A stretch of DNA of 62,975 nucleotides, the filler included, from Octopus bimaculoides (taxonomy: Eukaryota), in NCBI RefSeq assembly GCF_001194135.2. It is 3 parts of 3 records of this genome, joined end to end, with 100 filler letters (N's around TTAATTAATTAA, not from the genome) between each part and the next. Parts side by side here need not be neighbours in the genome. Positions count along the whole stretch, not along the records: positions 24,247 to 44,180 come from NC_068987.1; 2 more parts are not named here. The stretch is one strand, 5' to 3'. Below, one piece after another: positions 26,665 to 40,388 of this stretch. Each line of letters starts with the position of its first letter. The first letter of the stretch is position 1. The position numbers were made by a program, and so were the translations under genes. The notes beneath the pieces are model-generated. The model saw only the letters and a program-made list of their open reading frames with translations, did not search any database and was not told the DNA's origin.

Positions 26665-26755
26665 GTTGTTGTTGTTGGCACTCCGTCGCTTACGACGTCG
26701 AGGTTTCTAGTTGATCCGATCAACGGAACAGCCTGCTCGTGAAATTAACGTGCAG
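26665..26755 (-). mobile_element. SINE family A 3-prime fragment
   Basis: Reverse complement of about 27205-27290. Confidence 0.85.
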
Positions 26756-26908
26756 GTATAGAGTAGTAAATGCATGAGTGTAGATAGTGACTAGTTTGTA
26801 GTGAGGGGACGTTCATAGAAACTGATACAAGGGGGAGATGAAAAGTTCCTGGTTTTAAGTAACCTATCACCACATTCGTTTATTCTACTTTATTTATTTC
26901 TTCATAGT

Positions 26909-27290
26909 GGAGGCGCAATGGCCCAGTGGTTAGGGCAGCGGACTCGCGGTCATAGGATCGTGGTTTCGATTCCCAGACCGGGCGTTGTAAGTGTTTATTG
27001 AGCGAAAACACCTAAAAGCTCCACGAGGCTCCGGCAGGGGATGGTGGCGAACCCTACTGTACTCTTTCACCACAACATTCTCTCACTCTTACTTCCTGTT
27101 TCTGTTGTGTCTGTAATTCAAAGGGTCAGCCTTGTCACACTGTGTAACGCTGAATATCCCCGAGAACTACGTTAAGGGTACACGTGTCTGTGGAGTGCTC
27201 AGCCACTTGCACGTTAATTTCACGAGCAGGCTGTTCCGTTGATCGGATCAAATGGAACCCTCGACGTCGTAAGCGACGGAGTGCCAACAA
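26909..27290 (+). mobile_element. Full-length SINE family A
   Basis: GGAGGCGCAATGGCCCAGTGG to GGAGTGCCAACAA. Confidence 0.92.
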
Positions 27291-29246
27291 CTTAGCTATT
27301 CTAGAAACAGCTGTAAGAGACTTTACTTTCTGTCTAGTCAACCCTTGCGGCATGATTCACTTTGATATGATTCGATTCTTTATGGATCCCCAGTAATCAA
27401 GATCATAGATAGATAGAGAGGGAGAGAGAGAGAAAGAGAGAGAGTTGAAAAGGAGTTACGAATTCATAGAAATCAAAAGTTATACCTAAAACATAATGAT
27501 GGAAACAGCACGAAGGTGTGTTTTAAGATTGTTTTATATTTTACAATTGTTACATTCGGTGACTTTTTTATAAAATACAACAGATTTTGATGTGTATATT
27601 CATATCAAATATTAAGAAATGAAGGTAAAAAATTGGGAATAAGAAAAGATTGGGAAATCCAAAGTAGTTTGTTCTCATACTTTGTTATTTTGTGCATAGT
27701 TGAAAAGATNNNNNNNNNNNNNNNNNNNNNNNNNNNNNNNNNNNNNNNNNNNNNNNNNNNNNNNNNNNNNNNNNNNNNNNNNNNNNNNNNNNNNNNNNNN
27801 NNNNNNNNNNNNNNNNNNNNNNNNNNNNNNNNNNNNNNNNNNNNNNNNNNNNNNNNNNNNNNNNNNNNNNNNNNNNNNNNNNNNNNNNNNNNNNNNNNNN
27901 NNNNNNNNNNNNNNNNNNNNNNNNNNNNNNNNNNNNNNNNNNNNNNNNNNNNNNNNNNNNNNNNNNNNNNNNNNNNNNNNNNNNNNNNNNNNNNNNNNNN
28001 NNNNNNNNNNNNNNNNNNNNNNNNNNNNNNNNNNNNNNNNNNNNNNNNNNNNNNNNNNNNNNNNNNNNNNNNNNNNNNNNNNNNNNNNNNNNNNNNNNNN
28101 NNNNNNNNNNNNNNNNNNNNNNNNNNNNNNNNNNNNNNNNNNNNNNNNNNNNNNNNNNNNNNNNNNNNNNNNNNNNNNNNNNNNNNNNNNNNNNNNNNNN
28201 NNNNNNNNNNNNNNNNNNNNNNNNNNNNNNNNNNNNNNNNNNNNNNNNNNNNNNNNNNNNNNNNNNNNNNNNNNNNNNNNNNNNNNNNNNNNNNNNNNNN
28301 NNNNNNNNNNNNNNNNNNNNNNNNNNNNNNNNNNNNNNNNNNNNNNNNNNNNNNNNNNNNNNNNNNNNNNNNNNNNNNNNNNNNNNNNNNNNNNNNNNNN
28401 NNNNNNNNNNNNNNNNNNNNNNNNNNNNNNNNNNNNNNNNNNNNNNNNNNNNNNNNNNNNNNNNNNNNNNNNNNNNNNNNNNNNNNNNNNNNNNNNNNNN
28501 NNNNNNNNNNNNNNNNNNNNNNNNNNTATATATATATAACAAATGAAAGACAGAAGATGTAATATACAAGAATTTATTATTTCTCATCACAATTGTTTCG
28601 ACACTTCTAGTATCGATTCCTCTTGGATGGGACACTCAGCAACTGGTTCAGGAGCATCCGGTGGTGCAGATGTATCGCGTCGGGTGATAAATAAATAGAT
28701 AAAACTCGTTAAAATGACTGTTCCACAATGTAACTTTCTGTTTTGTAGAGAGAAAATCACCCAGACGGAGGAAATATCTTCATTTATATAGAAGATCGGA
28801 AATAAAATCACAGATGACAAAAAGAGAAACGAACACGCAATCCAGCGAGAAAAAGTATTAAAAATAACCGGTAACAGATATGGATGTATAAACGCCCTCG
28901 GGCAAGCTGCATGGAAGCATCCACAAAAATGTGAACATATGCACACGTGAGGTTTGGTGCACTCGTGATCACAAAGCGAGTTAGTTATTAACTTTGTGTT
29001 TATAAGAATGAGGAGGTTAAAGTAAACTTAAGTCATCCATACCTTAAATTAAATTAAAATTAAGTTAATGGTTACTAAAAATTCATTCTATCTGTAAGTA
29101 TGTATGTGTGTATGTTCGTATACGTAGATACGGACATGTGTGTATGTATTGTACAACAGTAAATAGTTCACCAATAAATGATCCAACTAGAATTGTTAGT
29201 CTGCTACTTCTTCAGTTACAAACGCGTGCTGTTTTTACTCTATCAG

Positions 29247-29311
29247 ATGATGAAAGATACTGCAATTTTCAGGGCCTTTGATGCCAGTGTGAGAAAGTTT
29301 CACTCAGACAG
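29247..29311 (+). CDS. Candidate short coding exon, unknown product
   Basis: TTTTTACTCTATCAG acceptor, open frame MMKDTAIFRAFDASVRKFHSD, donor CAG|GTGACC. Confidence 0.25.
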
Positions 29312-30438
29312 GTGACCACCTAACCCTTATGCATACAACAGAACGGACACCTCTAAACTGAAGCAAGGGCCGGGTTGTGTAGCTAAGCCCGGTCAGCCAA
29401 TTAAGTCATTAGTTCCTCATCCCAAAGAAAGAAACGGTGCATCTACGTTTTCACTCCACACAATTTCCTATAATTCACTTACAACGGTCGGTTGACCAAA
29501 AGCTGTGGTAAAAGTCATTTAACGCGATTCGTATTGAGATAAAACCTGAAACCCTATCGTCGTTGGATGAACGTTCTTAACCACAAGTCTGCACCCATTC
29601 CCAGACTGTAACCTCGTCGAGTAACGAAGACAAAAAGAAAAATTATGTCAGGTCACGCTGGCTATATTCCCTTTATCATGAAATTGAAACTAATTGAATA
29701 CACGAATTATTATTGTCAATTTTAATAATCATGAGAACATAGTTGTTATTTTCTTAGATTTTTCTTTACTTTCAGCACGCCTCTTCACTTCACACAACAT
29801 TCTCTTGTTTTGGTCATAAATATTTTTTCTTAATCGGAACTAAATAATGTTTCTACCTCAGTGGTATATTCTTTCTTTCATGTTTGTTGTTGTATGTATG
29901 CTCTTTTCTCTATCTTACATAATTTGTTTCATATTTAATTATTATTTTATTAATATCATTGTTATAGTAGTAGCGTTATTATTAGAAAAGTTATTACTCT
30001 TTTAATAATTTGGAGAAAGGGTATTTAGTAATGTCATTTAGCACCATGCTGACTAAATGACTAAAAAACTAACATATAAACATGATGAACAAAACATTTT
30101 CAACATTCATAAACATATTAGCAACATGCAGTATAATAACAACAATAACAACAACAAAAAGAAGGGGAGGAGGAAGAGGAGAAGGAGGTGGAGAAAGAAG
30201 AAGAAGAAGAAGAAGAAGAAGAAGAAGAAGAAGAAGAAGAAGAAGAAGAAGAAGAAGAAGAAGAAGAAGGATGAGGTTTATGCTAAAATAATCATGTATG
30301 TATAAAAAAAAGTGTTTCCATATTTTCGTCGCAAATACGTAATTTCGCATGTATTTATGACTGCATTTGTACGAACGAAAGTAAGTATATGTATGTATGT
30401 ATGTATGTTTGTATTATGTATGTAAGTATGTATGTATG

Positions 30439-30488
<50 letters not shown>

Positions 30489-30837
30489 TAGATATGTATG
30501 TATATATATACGTATGTTTGTGTCTGTGAGCCAGTGCGCGTGTATGTGTTTGAATATATATGTATGCATATATGCTTGAGTGTTTTATGTTTGTGTTATG
30601 CATGTGTGTGTCTGTATGGACTTGTATAAACACAAAGACCAGTTTATATGCATACGTGTTTCCATCGAGTCTGTATATAATTTGTATAAGTCACATATTT
30701 TATAAAACTGTGATATACACATTTTTATGTAAATATTAATGTGATCCCTTGTATACGCCTTCAATGACCAAACTTCAATGTGCTGCAAGGTGCACTGAGA
30801 TGCTTCAGAAGTGCAATATAGGTTAGTTTCTAGAGTA

Positions 30838-31019
30838 TTTTACTTGTTTCAGTCATCTGACTGCGGCCATGCTGGAGCACCACCTTTAGTCGAGCAAATT
30901 GACCCCAGCACTTATTCTTATTCTATCGGTCTCTTTTGCCGAACCGCTAGATTACGGGGACGTAAACACACCACCATCGGTTGTCAAGCGATGTTGGGGG
31001 GTCAAACACAGACACACAA

Positions 31020-31094
<75 letters not shown>

Positions 31095-31230
31095 CGACGG
31101 GCTTCTTTCAGTTTCCGTCTACCAAATCCACTCACAAGGCTTTGGTCGGCCCGAGGCTATAGTAGAAGACACTTGCCCAAGGTGCCACGCAGTGGGACTG
31201 AACCCGGAACCATGTGGTTGGTAAGCAAAA
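30838..31230 (-). mobile_element. SINE family C (CORE-like, probably OR1/OR2-type) with central CA/TA microsatellite
   Basis: Minus strand has GGCACCTTGGGCAAGTGTCTT, resembling the CORE domain. The family name is from recall. Confidence 0.85.
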
Positions 31231-31581
31231 TGTGGTTTACAACGTATCATATGCACAATACTCAGTATTACAAACGTAATTTATGCATTTAACCTGTGAT
31301 AAAACATATTCGTGTTGCACATTTTCATAATTTATGATTTTATAAAGGATTTTTTTCATATTTTTATTTTATTATTTTTATGGAGTATAAAGGCCACTAC
31401 GTATAAATCTTCAAAGACGAGATGTTAACTGTTAACTTTATTAAGCTTGATGAAACCTGAAGAGCTATTTGTTAAGTGAACAAATGCGTATAAAAAGAAA
31501 TTTAATAAGCATCAGTAAACATAAGAAGCATCCCACCTAATATGTCATATTAGGATATTCTTCTCCTTTAAATATGATAGC

Positions 31582-31899
31582 GGAGCGCGTGGCTTAGTGG
31601 TTAGAGTATTCGGTTCCCCCATCGTAAGGTCATGAGTTCGATTCTCGGCGCTGCTTGATACCTTTTGTTTTTTTCACGTTACTCCAGTCCACTCAGCTGT
31701 CAAAAATGAGTAGTAAATATATTTCAAAGGGCCAGTCTTTTTTGTTTTAATTTCTGTTTCATACTGAATCTCCCTGAGAGCTACGTGTAGGGTACACGTG
31801 TCTGTGGAGCGCTCAGCCACTTGCACGTTAATTTCAAAAAAGGCTGTTCCGTTGATTGTACCAACAGGTACTCTCCTCACCATAACCGACGGAGTGCCA
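31582..31899 (+). mobile_element. Mosaic SINE: family E-like head and middle with family A tail
   Basis: tRNA head, then CACGTTACTCCAGTCCACTCAGCTG, then GGTACACGTGTCTGTGGAGCGCTCAGCC...GACGGAGTGCC. Confidence 0.7.
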
Positions 31900-32099
31900 G
31901 GTTTTATTCAAGTTAGAAGGCAGTATTCGCGACCATTTAAAGATCCCATGACTCACATGGGTGAGAGCGGGTGCAGTATCCTCAAATGGGGGGGGGTCTT
32001 ATCTGAATGCTCTTAAAAGAGATGGATTAAGCCAAGGTGCAAAGTGATGTTAAACCAGACGACAGATTAAGTCTACGACCAAAGTAAGCCATAGCGAGA

Positions 32100-32320
32100 T
32101 TTTTAACTCGGAACACAAAGTACCAGAACAAGTAGAAGAAAGCATAAGTTCCGATAGTCTAATAGTTCCACCAACTCACCACTTAGATTGATAATCTTTT
32201 TACCGACCTCGAAAAGATGAATGGCAAATATGACAACAGTATGATTTGAACTCGGGCCATAGAAACTGATGACAAATATTGAGACACATTCTATCAGACT
32301 CGCTAACGATTCAGACAATC
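32100..32320 (-). mobile_element. Degraded SINE family B-like copy
   Basis: ACCGACCTCGAAAAGATGAATGGCAAA...GATTTGAACTC. Confidence 0.5.
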
Positions 32321-32793
32321 TGGAGATAAAAGATATCTATTAATGTGGGGTTAGAATGTGTTTGAAATTTTAAGAATTCCGTAATAAGTAAGTAACAAAA
32401 TAATTAAGTATCTGTATTCTAAGCAATTTTTTCCTTATTCCTAGATTTCAAATTTAAACTTACAACTCCGCCTAACATTATAAAGAAATAGCTATCTCTT
32501 TTGTGTAAAGTGTTTGCAAGGGGATACCACGTAAATAATATCAAACACTGAAAATAGGTCTGTTGATCTCCTTTTACATACATCAGAGCGTAAAATATAT
32601 TATCTGCTTTCCACCACAAGAATGTAGATGCATGTTTACGAAAATGACACGCTGTTAAGTTTACCTTACCTCATGCTCCAATAAGAAAAAAGAAAGGAAA
32701 AAGTCACAATTCTGCGCGTATGACTTTTATTAATTAATTCGACGTTTCCACTTAGTGCTTTTTTATGCAAACTTGACTAATTTTGATGCATCC

Positions 32794-32828
<35 letters not shown>

Positions 32829-33416
32829 TTTCTTCAGAGATCATTTACATTGAAGCGTTTCACATTAAGCTCAAACTCTATGAAAATCACGGCTGAACCA
32901 ACGATTGATCTCTTGAAAATATATACTCAACAACGGCATCGTTCGCCGAATGTGATATAAAAAGTTGTTATTCATCATCCGACCATTGACATTTGATCAT
33001 GTTGACTAGAGTTTCTGGGTTTTTTTTTATTGTTATTTACTTTTTTCTTATTTTGCAACTGATCGTCGATTGAAACCTTATTACTTGGATGATTAAACTT
33101 AGAACAGTGGACATATTTACGAGAATTAGACGAGAATTAGACATTATCATCACCAATCAATTATAACTTCTTTATTCTTCAATCAATTATTTTTCAGACT
33201 GTTTGAGTAGACGAGAATAATTTAAGTTTTAGCAAATGATTTGTTTTAAAACACAATATGACATCGCTGTTATATATTTGGGACGTCCAATTAAATTGCG
33301 ACTTCTGGAAATAGTAGCTTTCTATTTAATGATGAGAAATTAATTCGGTATAGAATTCTCACCAAAACTGATACGCACGTAGCAAACAACTAACGCATGC
33401 ATATATATGCACATAT

Positions 33417-34190
33417 GCGAGGATGGATTGAAAAGTACACGAGCTGACTGTGAATGAGTGATGCTAGAGCTGGGAAATCTTGTATGCATTAATTTCAGCC
33501 CTTCTTGTTAATAAATGCATTGTTTCTTTCGCGGTAAACTGGCACCTGACTGTTCAAAGAAGAATTCAAACGTAACTGGTAGCGGCTTTTTTTGAAAATG
33601 AACAGAATTTGGCATTGGGGTGTTATCAAGTACCTGCAGAAAAAGGGGTTAGCCCCAACGACATTCATGCTAACGTGGTTGCTACATTAGGGAACGGCGC
33701 TGCAGCTTTATCAACAGTGTAAATGTGGGCAGTTGAATTTTAAGAGGAGGAGGAGTCTTGAAGATGACCCAAGGTCTGGACATCTTGCGGCTGCTACCAC
33801 CGAGGAAAACATTGATAGTGTTAAACACATGGTGATAGGCGATTGACTATAAATCAAATAGACAATGCTATTAGCATATCCCGTAAGAAGGTTGAGAAAA
33901 TACTGAACAATAAAGTGGGCATGACGAAGGTTTCTGTTGCCACGTCTTCTGACACCGGATCAAAAGCGTACCAGGCTCATCACATCACGGGAAAATCTGA
34001 GATTGTTTGAGGTAGATCCAGCTGGTTTCCTTGAATGTTTCTTAAGCCAGGATGGGTGTTCACTTCCACAGCTCCGAAGAAGGGAAGGAGACGGCTTCGG
34101 TTTGTTGAGAAGCAAAAGGCATTGCGTTTATTGACTATCTTCAAAACAGCCACATCATCAATGAAGAATACTGTGCCAACTTACCGAGGA
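33417..34190 (+). pseudogene. Mariner transposase relic (irritans-like)
   Basis: GVIKYLQKKG, SLEDDPRSG, PRLLTPDQKRTR, KGIAFIDYLQ, INEEYCANL. Stops, frameshifts and an internal deletion; ITR-like GAGGATGGATTGAAAAGT at the 5-prime end. Confidence 0.88.
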
Positions 34191-34456
34191 TTTTTAACCC
34201 ACTAGTAAAAACCACAACTGTGAACATAGATCATAGCGGTGTTTAAGGGAAGGTGAGGGCTGATGGAATTATGCGTTTAACCATCCGTGAGTAGGCCTTC
34301 AGGTACAAAACATTTTTTGGGTAATTAGAACGTCTTTTAAAATTGAATTTCTACCATGACAGTTCGCGTGTGTGTACATGCGTGTGTGTTTGTGCATGCG
34401 TATGTGTGCACGCGTGTATGTTTGTGAGTGTGTACATATAATATAATAACAAATTT

Positions 34457-34935
34457 GTAAGGCGGCGAGCTGGCCGAAACGTTAGCACGCCGGACGAAAT
34501 GCTTAGCGGTATTTCGTCTGTCTTTACGTTCTGAATTCAAATTCCGCCGAGGTCGACTTTGCCTTTTATCCTTTCAGGATCGATAAATTAAGTACCAGTT
34601 GCATACTGGTTCGATCTAATCGACTGGCCCTCTCCCCCAAAATTTCGGGCCAGGTGCCTAGAGTAGAAATATATAAACACACATAGATTCCTCTGCCTAT
34701 TAATAAATGAACACTGAAGACAGAGACCTGGCGGAATCATTAGTAAGCCGGGCAAATTGCTCAGCAGCATTTAGTCTGTCTTCATGTACTAAGTTCAAAT
34801 TCCACCGAGGCCAACTTTGCTTTTATCTTCTGGGATCGATAAGATAAGTACAACTAAAACACTGCGGTCGATGTTATTAACTTATCCCCTCCCACCAAAT
34901 TCTAGCCTTGTGCCAAAATTTGAAGCCAGTATATA
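34457..34935 (+). mobile_element. Two tandem SINE family B copies
   Basis: AAGGCGGCGAGCTGGCCGAAACG head, with a second copy from about 34725. Confidence 0.88.
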
Positions 34936-35187
34936 GACACACGAAAACATAAAAACGGAAGAAATATGTTAAGATATCAGTTATATGTATTGCATATAAT
35001 ATGTGTGTGTGCGCATGCGTACGTGTTTGTATGCCTGTTCTTTAAATGAGCTTAACTGTTCAATTTATACACACATACACACACAAACACCCGTATAATC
35101 TTACTTATATATGTCTGCATATATTAATATACGTATATATGTGATGTGTGTATGTATGTCCTTTTGTTGTCTTTTTATTTAATCCTG

Positions 35188-35230
<43 letters not shown>

Positions 35231-35938
35231 CCTCTGTGTTTTTGTGTGGACATACATGCATGTTATGGATTATAATTAAAATTTGACAAAAGCTCTATGA
35301 TATAGCATAAAAGTAGTTATTTTATTTTAAACACGTATTTTGAAATATATTGTTATTGCATGCTGTGTTATGCATGCCAAAGATGATACATAGTTGAACT
35401 TCGATTTTGCATTTTTTGGACGACATATTCAAATAAATGAATTATTAAATAAGGTTTCATCTATAGACATGACTTCAATTATTTTCAACATGGTAAGCGT
35501 AATTGCACATAATGTACTCGCGTACTCACATTCGAGTAAAGGGAAAAACATAACCACACACACATACACATACATACACACATGTACACGCATTTGCGCA
35601 TACATACACGTTTACTATGGCTTTCTCTTTCTTTTCTTCTCTGTTATTTATCTTCGAGATTTTTCATATATTATAATTAGTTGAGCTTATCGTGATATGA
35701 AGTTCTGGGATCAAAAACTGTTTTTTTCTTGTTTTTTTTTTGTAAAAGCAGAAAACCACGAATTGATTGCAGGTATGTATTAGGCATGACGCAAGATTAT
35801 GGTTGATATTTGTTTTTAATGATTAATTATCGATCCCTATTGCAGGTGGGTTAGGTACTGTTTTAGGGACAACTTACTTTCGAATGTTGAAGTTAGCTTC
35901 TCTGCAATTTGCACCCATACTACAAGTCTGTTAATATT

Positions 35939-36152
35939 CTTTTTTACTCTAGGCACAAGGCCCGAAATTTTGAGGGGAGGAGGCCAGTCGATTAGATGAA
36001 TCCCAGTACGCATCTGGTACTTAATTTATCGACTCCGAAAGGATGAAAGGCAAAGTCGACCTTAGGGGAATTTGAACTCAGAACGTAACGGCAGACGAAA
36101 TACCGCTAAGCATTTCGCCCGGCGTGCTAACGGTTCTGCCAATTCGCCGCCT
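35939..36152 (-). mobile_element. SINE family B with 18-bp TSD
   Basis: TACAAGTCTGTTAATATT at 35921-35938 and 36153-36170. Confidence 0.92.
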
Positions 36153-36179
36153 TACAAGTCTGTTAATATTATACTATAA

Positions 36180-36605
36180 GAAGGCAGCGGGCTGCGAGAA
36201 ACGTTAGCATGCCGGGCGAAATGCTTAGCGGTATTTCGTCAGTCTTTACGTTCTGAGTTCAAATTCCACCGCGGTCAACTTTGCTTTCATCCTTTCGGGA
36301 TCGATAAAATGAGTACCAGTTGAGTACTGAAGTTGATCTAATCGACTTACCCACTAATCCGAGATTGCTGGCCTTGTGCCAAAATTTGAAACTAATATTA
36401 TATTATAAAGCACACCGGACAAAATTCTTAGAGGCATTTCGTCCGTCTTTAATTTCTGAGTTCAAATTCCGACAATGTCGAATTCGCCTTTTGTCCTTTA
36501 GAGGTCGATGAAATAAGTAACTGTTGAGCATTGGGGGGGGGGCGATGTAGTCGATTATCCCTTTAGCCCCAGAATCCTAGGCCTTGTGTCTATAGCAGAA
36601 TGGAT
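36180..36605 (+). mobile_element. Two tandem SINE family B copies
   Basis: Heads near 36180 and 36410. Confidence 0.85.
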
Positions 36606-36621
36606 TATATAGATAAGGTGC

Positions 36622-36807
36622 TTTATACTTGTTTGAGTCTTTAGACTGCGGCGATACTGGGGCACCACCTTGAAGAAATTTAGTCGAACGCGAGGACCCC
36701 AGTACTTTTATTGTCACTTTTGCTGAACCGCTACTTTACGAGGATGTGAACGCACCAACACCGGTTGTTAAGTAGTTGTGGAGGACAACCACAGACACAA
36801 AGTCGCT

Positions 36808-36855
<48 letters not shown>

Positions 36856-36998
36856 TGACGGGTTTCTTTCAGTTTCCGTCTATCAAATCCTCTCAGAAGG
36901 TTTTGGTCAGCTATAGTAGAAGACACTTACCCAAGGTGCCTCACTGAACCCGGAACCATGTATTTGGGAAGCAAACTTTTTACTGCACAATCACGCCT
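36622..36998 (-). mobile_element. Diverged SINE family C with (GATA)n centre
   Basis: GACGGGTTTCTTTCAGTTTCCGTCTA...GAACCCGGAACCATG. Confidence 0.75.
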
Positions 36999-39627
36999 GT
37001 GTTTCCCCAAAGCCAGGAGAAATCCCGCTTTACGTTCTGAGTTCAAATTTCGCTAAGGCTGACTTTACCTTTCTTATTTTTGAGGTTGATAAATTAAGTA
37101 CCAGTTCAGCATGGACGTCGATGTAATCATCTGCTCTGCTTTCCACCTTGATTTCAGGCTTTGTGTCAAGAGCAAAACGAATTATTATATTGTAAACGGC
37201 ATCAGAGTGAACAGTGCCAAACTAAACGTCAGTTTAAATCCCAGAATCAGAAGGAACTAATGAAGATCTCCGACAGTAACATGAAACCAAAAGAAGAATT
37301 CGTGGAATGCTGAAATAATTTGTAACAGTGAGAAGTAGAAAATATATCGCTTGGGTTTCTTGGCCATCTGCAGAAAGTAAAAGCAGACGAAGACAACCGT
37401 ACAGAAGCAAGTCTCGGATTTTGGTATTACCTCATTACATTTTTTTCACCTCGTATCGCATTCAATTTCCATATTTATCATATTTTCGTTGTAGATACAT
37501 AGTAGTATGGAAAGGTGAATTCAATCAACTATACAGTCTTCTATACAATAGAGTACAAACTTGATGTAGTTTAAATATTTAGAGTTTGTTTCGCGACTAT
37601 GGTATTTCAGGGTCACTTCCATGGCGGATAAATGTGGTCAAACGTTTTCCACAACAGCCTTAGATGAATAAAACTTTCAGTGAGACCCAAGTTTAGTAGT
37701 GAGAATCTGTGTAGAATTTTGTTGGTGAAATTGCTTCTGTTCTTTAATGTTAGATTTAATCTATTACGCAGTTTGATTACTACCTGACTGTAGAGTGGGT
37801 AACTTTAGCTCTGTTGCACGTCTTCCGGCCAGATCTCCGGTTTTTCGGTGATGTCCTTCATTTTACACATTTCTTTCGGAGTCTTGAAACAGGTTATAGC
37901 TGTGGCTCTCTTTTCCTGGCCAATTCATAAAAGAAAATCTAACTTATGCCTTGTAAGAGAAATAAATTGTATTTCTCAAAACTTTTCTTATATTTCATTC
38001 GAAAACTAATATCGAGCATTTGTGATATTGTATTTTTAGTGTAACAACATTTCTGTAAATAGATAAATATACTATAATGTACAGCATCATATATAATACA
38101 TTCTTTCCAGATTGCCTTGAGTTACTAATTCTGTTGATAACGATAAACATCTACTTAAACATATTAGGTAAACACAACAATATTGCATTGATACATCACA
38201 CTCCTTTATCTGCGTCCGCTTCACAGATTGATATCCGTTTGCAATCAATTAGCATTAGGTGTTTGATAAAACAAAATTGATAGATCTAAAATAAAAGGAT
38301 GTGTTATATATTACTGACTAACACATTATTGATTATATTGATTTCATTGTTAAATTTAAATCTCACGCACTTAGCCCCAAATTGAATGCCAATAGGGCAT
38401 TTTGAATAAGAAGATATATTTGAAGATAATAAACTACAGTTGTTTGATTTAATACTTACTACTATTACTATCATGCTTAGTACTAACTACTACTATCAAA
38501 AGCTAGATAAATGTAAACTGTTTCAAATGTCCCAAAACGGATGTCAACTGATAAAGTAATAAAAATAAATGGGATCTTTTCTATTTCTACCATGTAGAAA
38601 TCTATCAACTTCTACAAAATAACAGCATTCATTTGCCTGTAAATGCAGAGCCTACATGCCACGTTGGCAATTTCTATTTTCTTGTACAAGTGCCTGAGCT
38701 AGGTGCTTAACGCAAAATTCATGTATTTCAATTTAATTCTTACTGGAGCCTTTTCAGAACGTTTGATAAGGAGGGAAAATGAAATAATTCTCTAAAGCAC
38801 ATAATTATCCTTACAATTCTCTGACAGATAACGAACCAGTGTTAATACACTTTCTGTCCAAAACTATTTACCAGCTTGCAATGCAAAATGCATTTCATTA
38901 CATTCCCTAAAGATTAAACGCAAAAGCTTTATTCCATTTCATTGTGTGTACACATAATTATTTCATTTACTTATTTAATGGTATTACGTTTTCAAAACTT
39001 ATACTATTATAATTTCGATTTTCCTTAAAATGTTTCTACACGTCAACTGTGCATTCATAGCGGCGTGGTTAAGAAGTTTGCTTTCCACGAACGTGATTCC
39101 CGTTTTGACTACACTGTGTGATTCGCTGGACGAGTGCCTTCGGAGTAGGAAATACTTTGCGAGTGGAATTTGGAAGACTGATACTGTGCTGGAACAGATA
39201 TATGTATGTCGTGAACGTATGCTTGTGAGTTTATGCATGTATGTGTGCATTTGTGTGTGCGTGTGTGAAATACATTAGAACGTTGAGAAAATATAAGCCG
39301 GTGAAAGGTAAGTAAAAGTGGTAGTTAGACAAGTTAGTTCGTGCTATTCATTTCGGTTCCACCTTTGATTTCTGGTCTATGATGGTAAATGAGGATGGCT
39401 TCCTTGAACTCGATTTTACCAAAAGCATCCAAAACATACATGTATGTTTTTAAAGAGGATTAAGTCAGAAATACCTGTTTAATAATTTAGTTGTTTGGAA
39501 TTTGACAAAATTCATTGGAAAAGCTATAGAATTTTCATTTTGCCATATGTTTATTTCCAAGCCTAAAAAGTCAACGCATCTCATAACATTCTTTTTTATT
39601 CACTGCACCTGTAACGCGGAGTATTTT

Positions 39628-39685
<58 letters not shown>

Positions 39686-39773
39686 CAGACACACATATGT
39701 GTGTGCGTGTGTGTATCTATCTATCTATATACATGTGTGTATGTGTGTGTGTGTGTGTATTTATACATACATT

Positions 39774-39828
<55 letters not shown>

Positions 39829-40236
39829 ATATTTGCATACATGCATACCTAGCTACATACATACGTAAATATATACATACATGAACGGTTCTTCTTGTGT
39901 ATGTGAATCTGTGTATCAGGGAGAGGGAGCGAGCGAGCGAGAGAGAGAGAGAGAGAGAGAGGGGAGCGTGAATGTTTGCGTGCTGCACACAGAACTTGCT
40001 TCGTAAGTAAAACTTTAAGATAAAATTGTTTTTCTCTTTTTCTCCCGTTCTCTCACCCCTTCCATGTCTTTGTTTTTAACTTGCTCTCTCTCTCTCTCTC
40101 CCTCGCTTTAACCCCCACCCTTTCTCCCTCTGATCTTTCCATTTTGAGTTAACTGACGTTCCACTTCCAAACACACTAAAAGACTTCTAATCTATTTTTC
40201 ATAGGTTTTTATATCTTGTGTTTATTAGGTGTAATG

Positions 40237-40388
40237 TCAACACCTCGCTAATGCAACAGTCATAATGACCAGGGGTCCTTCGTCGATTCCTGTAGAAACT
40301 CCTTTGTTGATTCTCGTAGAGGTTACCTCGCTTGATCGATAAACTGGATCTCTCTCTTTGCTTCTTGCCAGTTGTTCGTGGTTCAAAG
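40237..40388 (-). CDS. Possible terminal coding exon
   Basis: AG-free pyrimidine tract with CTAAT branch-like site and TTTTAAG acceptor. Open in phase 1 (ALNHEQLARSKERDPVYRSS...ARC*), with AATAAA 11 nt after the stop. Lies across the scaffold linker at 44181-44280. Confidence 0.3.

Noticed and set aside
26909-26985. tRNA-like sequences with A and B boxes
   Set aside because: They are heads of multi-copy SINEs that continue into shared bodies; not tRNA genes.
37560-37960. Moderately GC-rich minus-strand stretch that looked exon-like
   Set aside because: All three frames hit stops within about 35 codons, with no recognisable domain.
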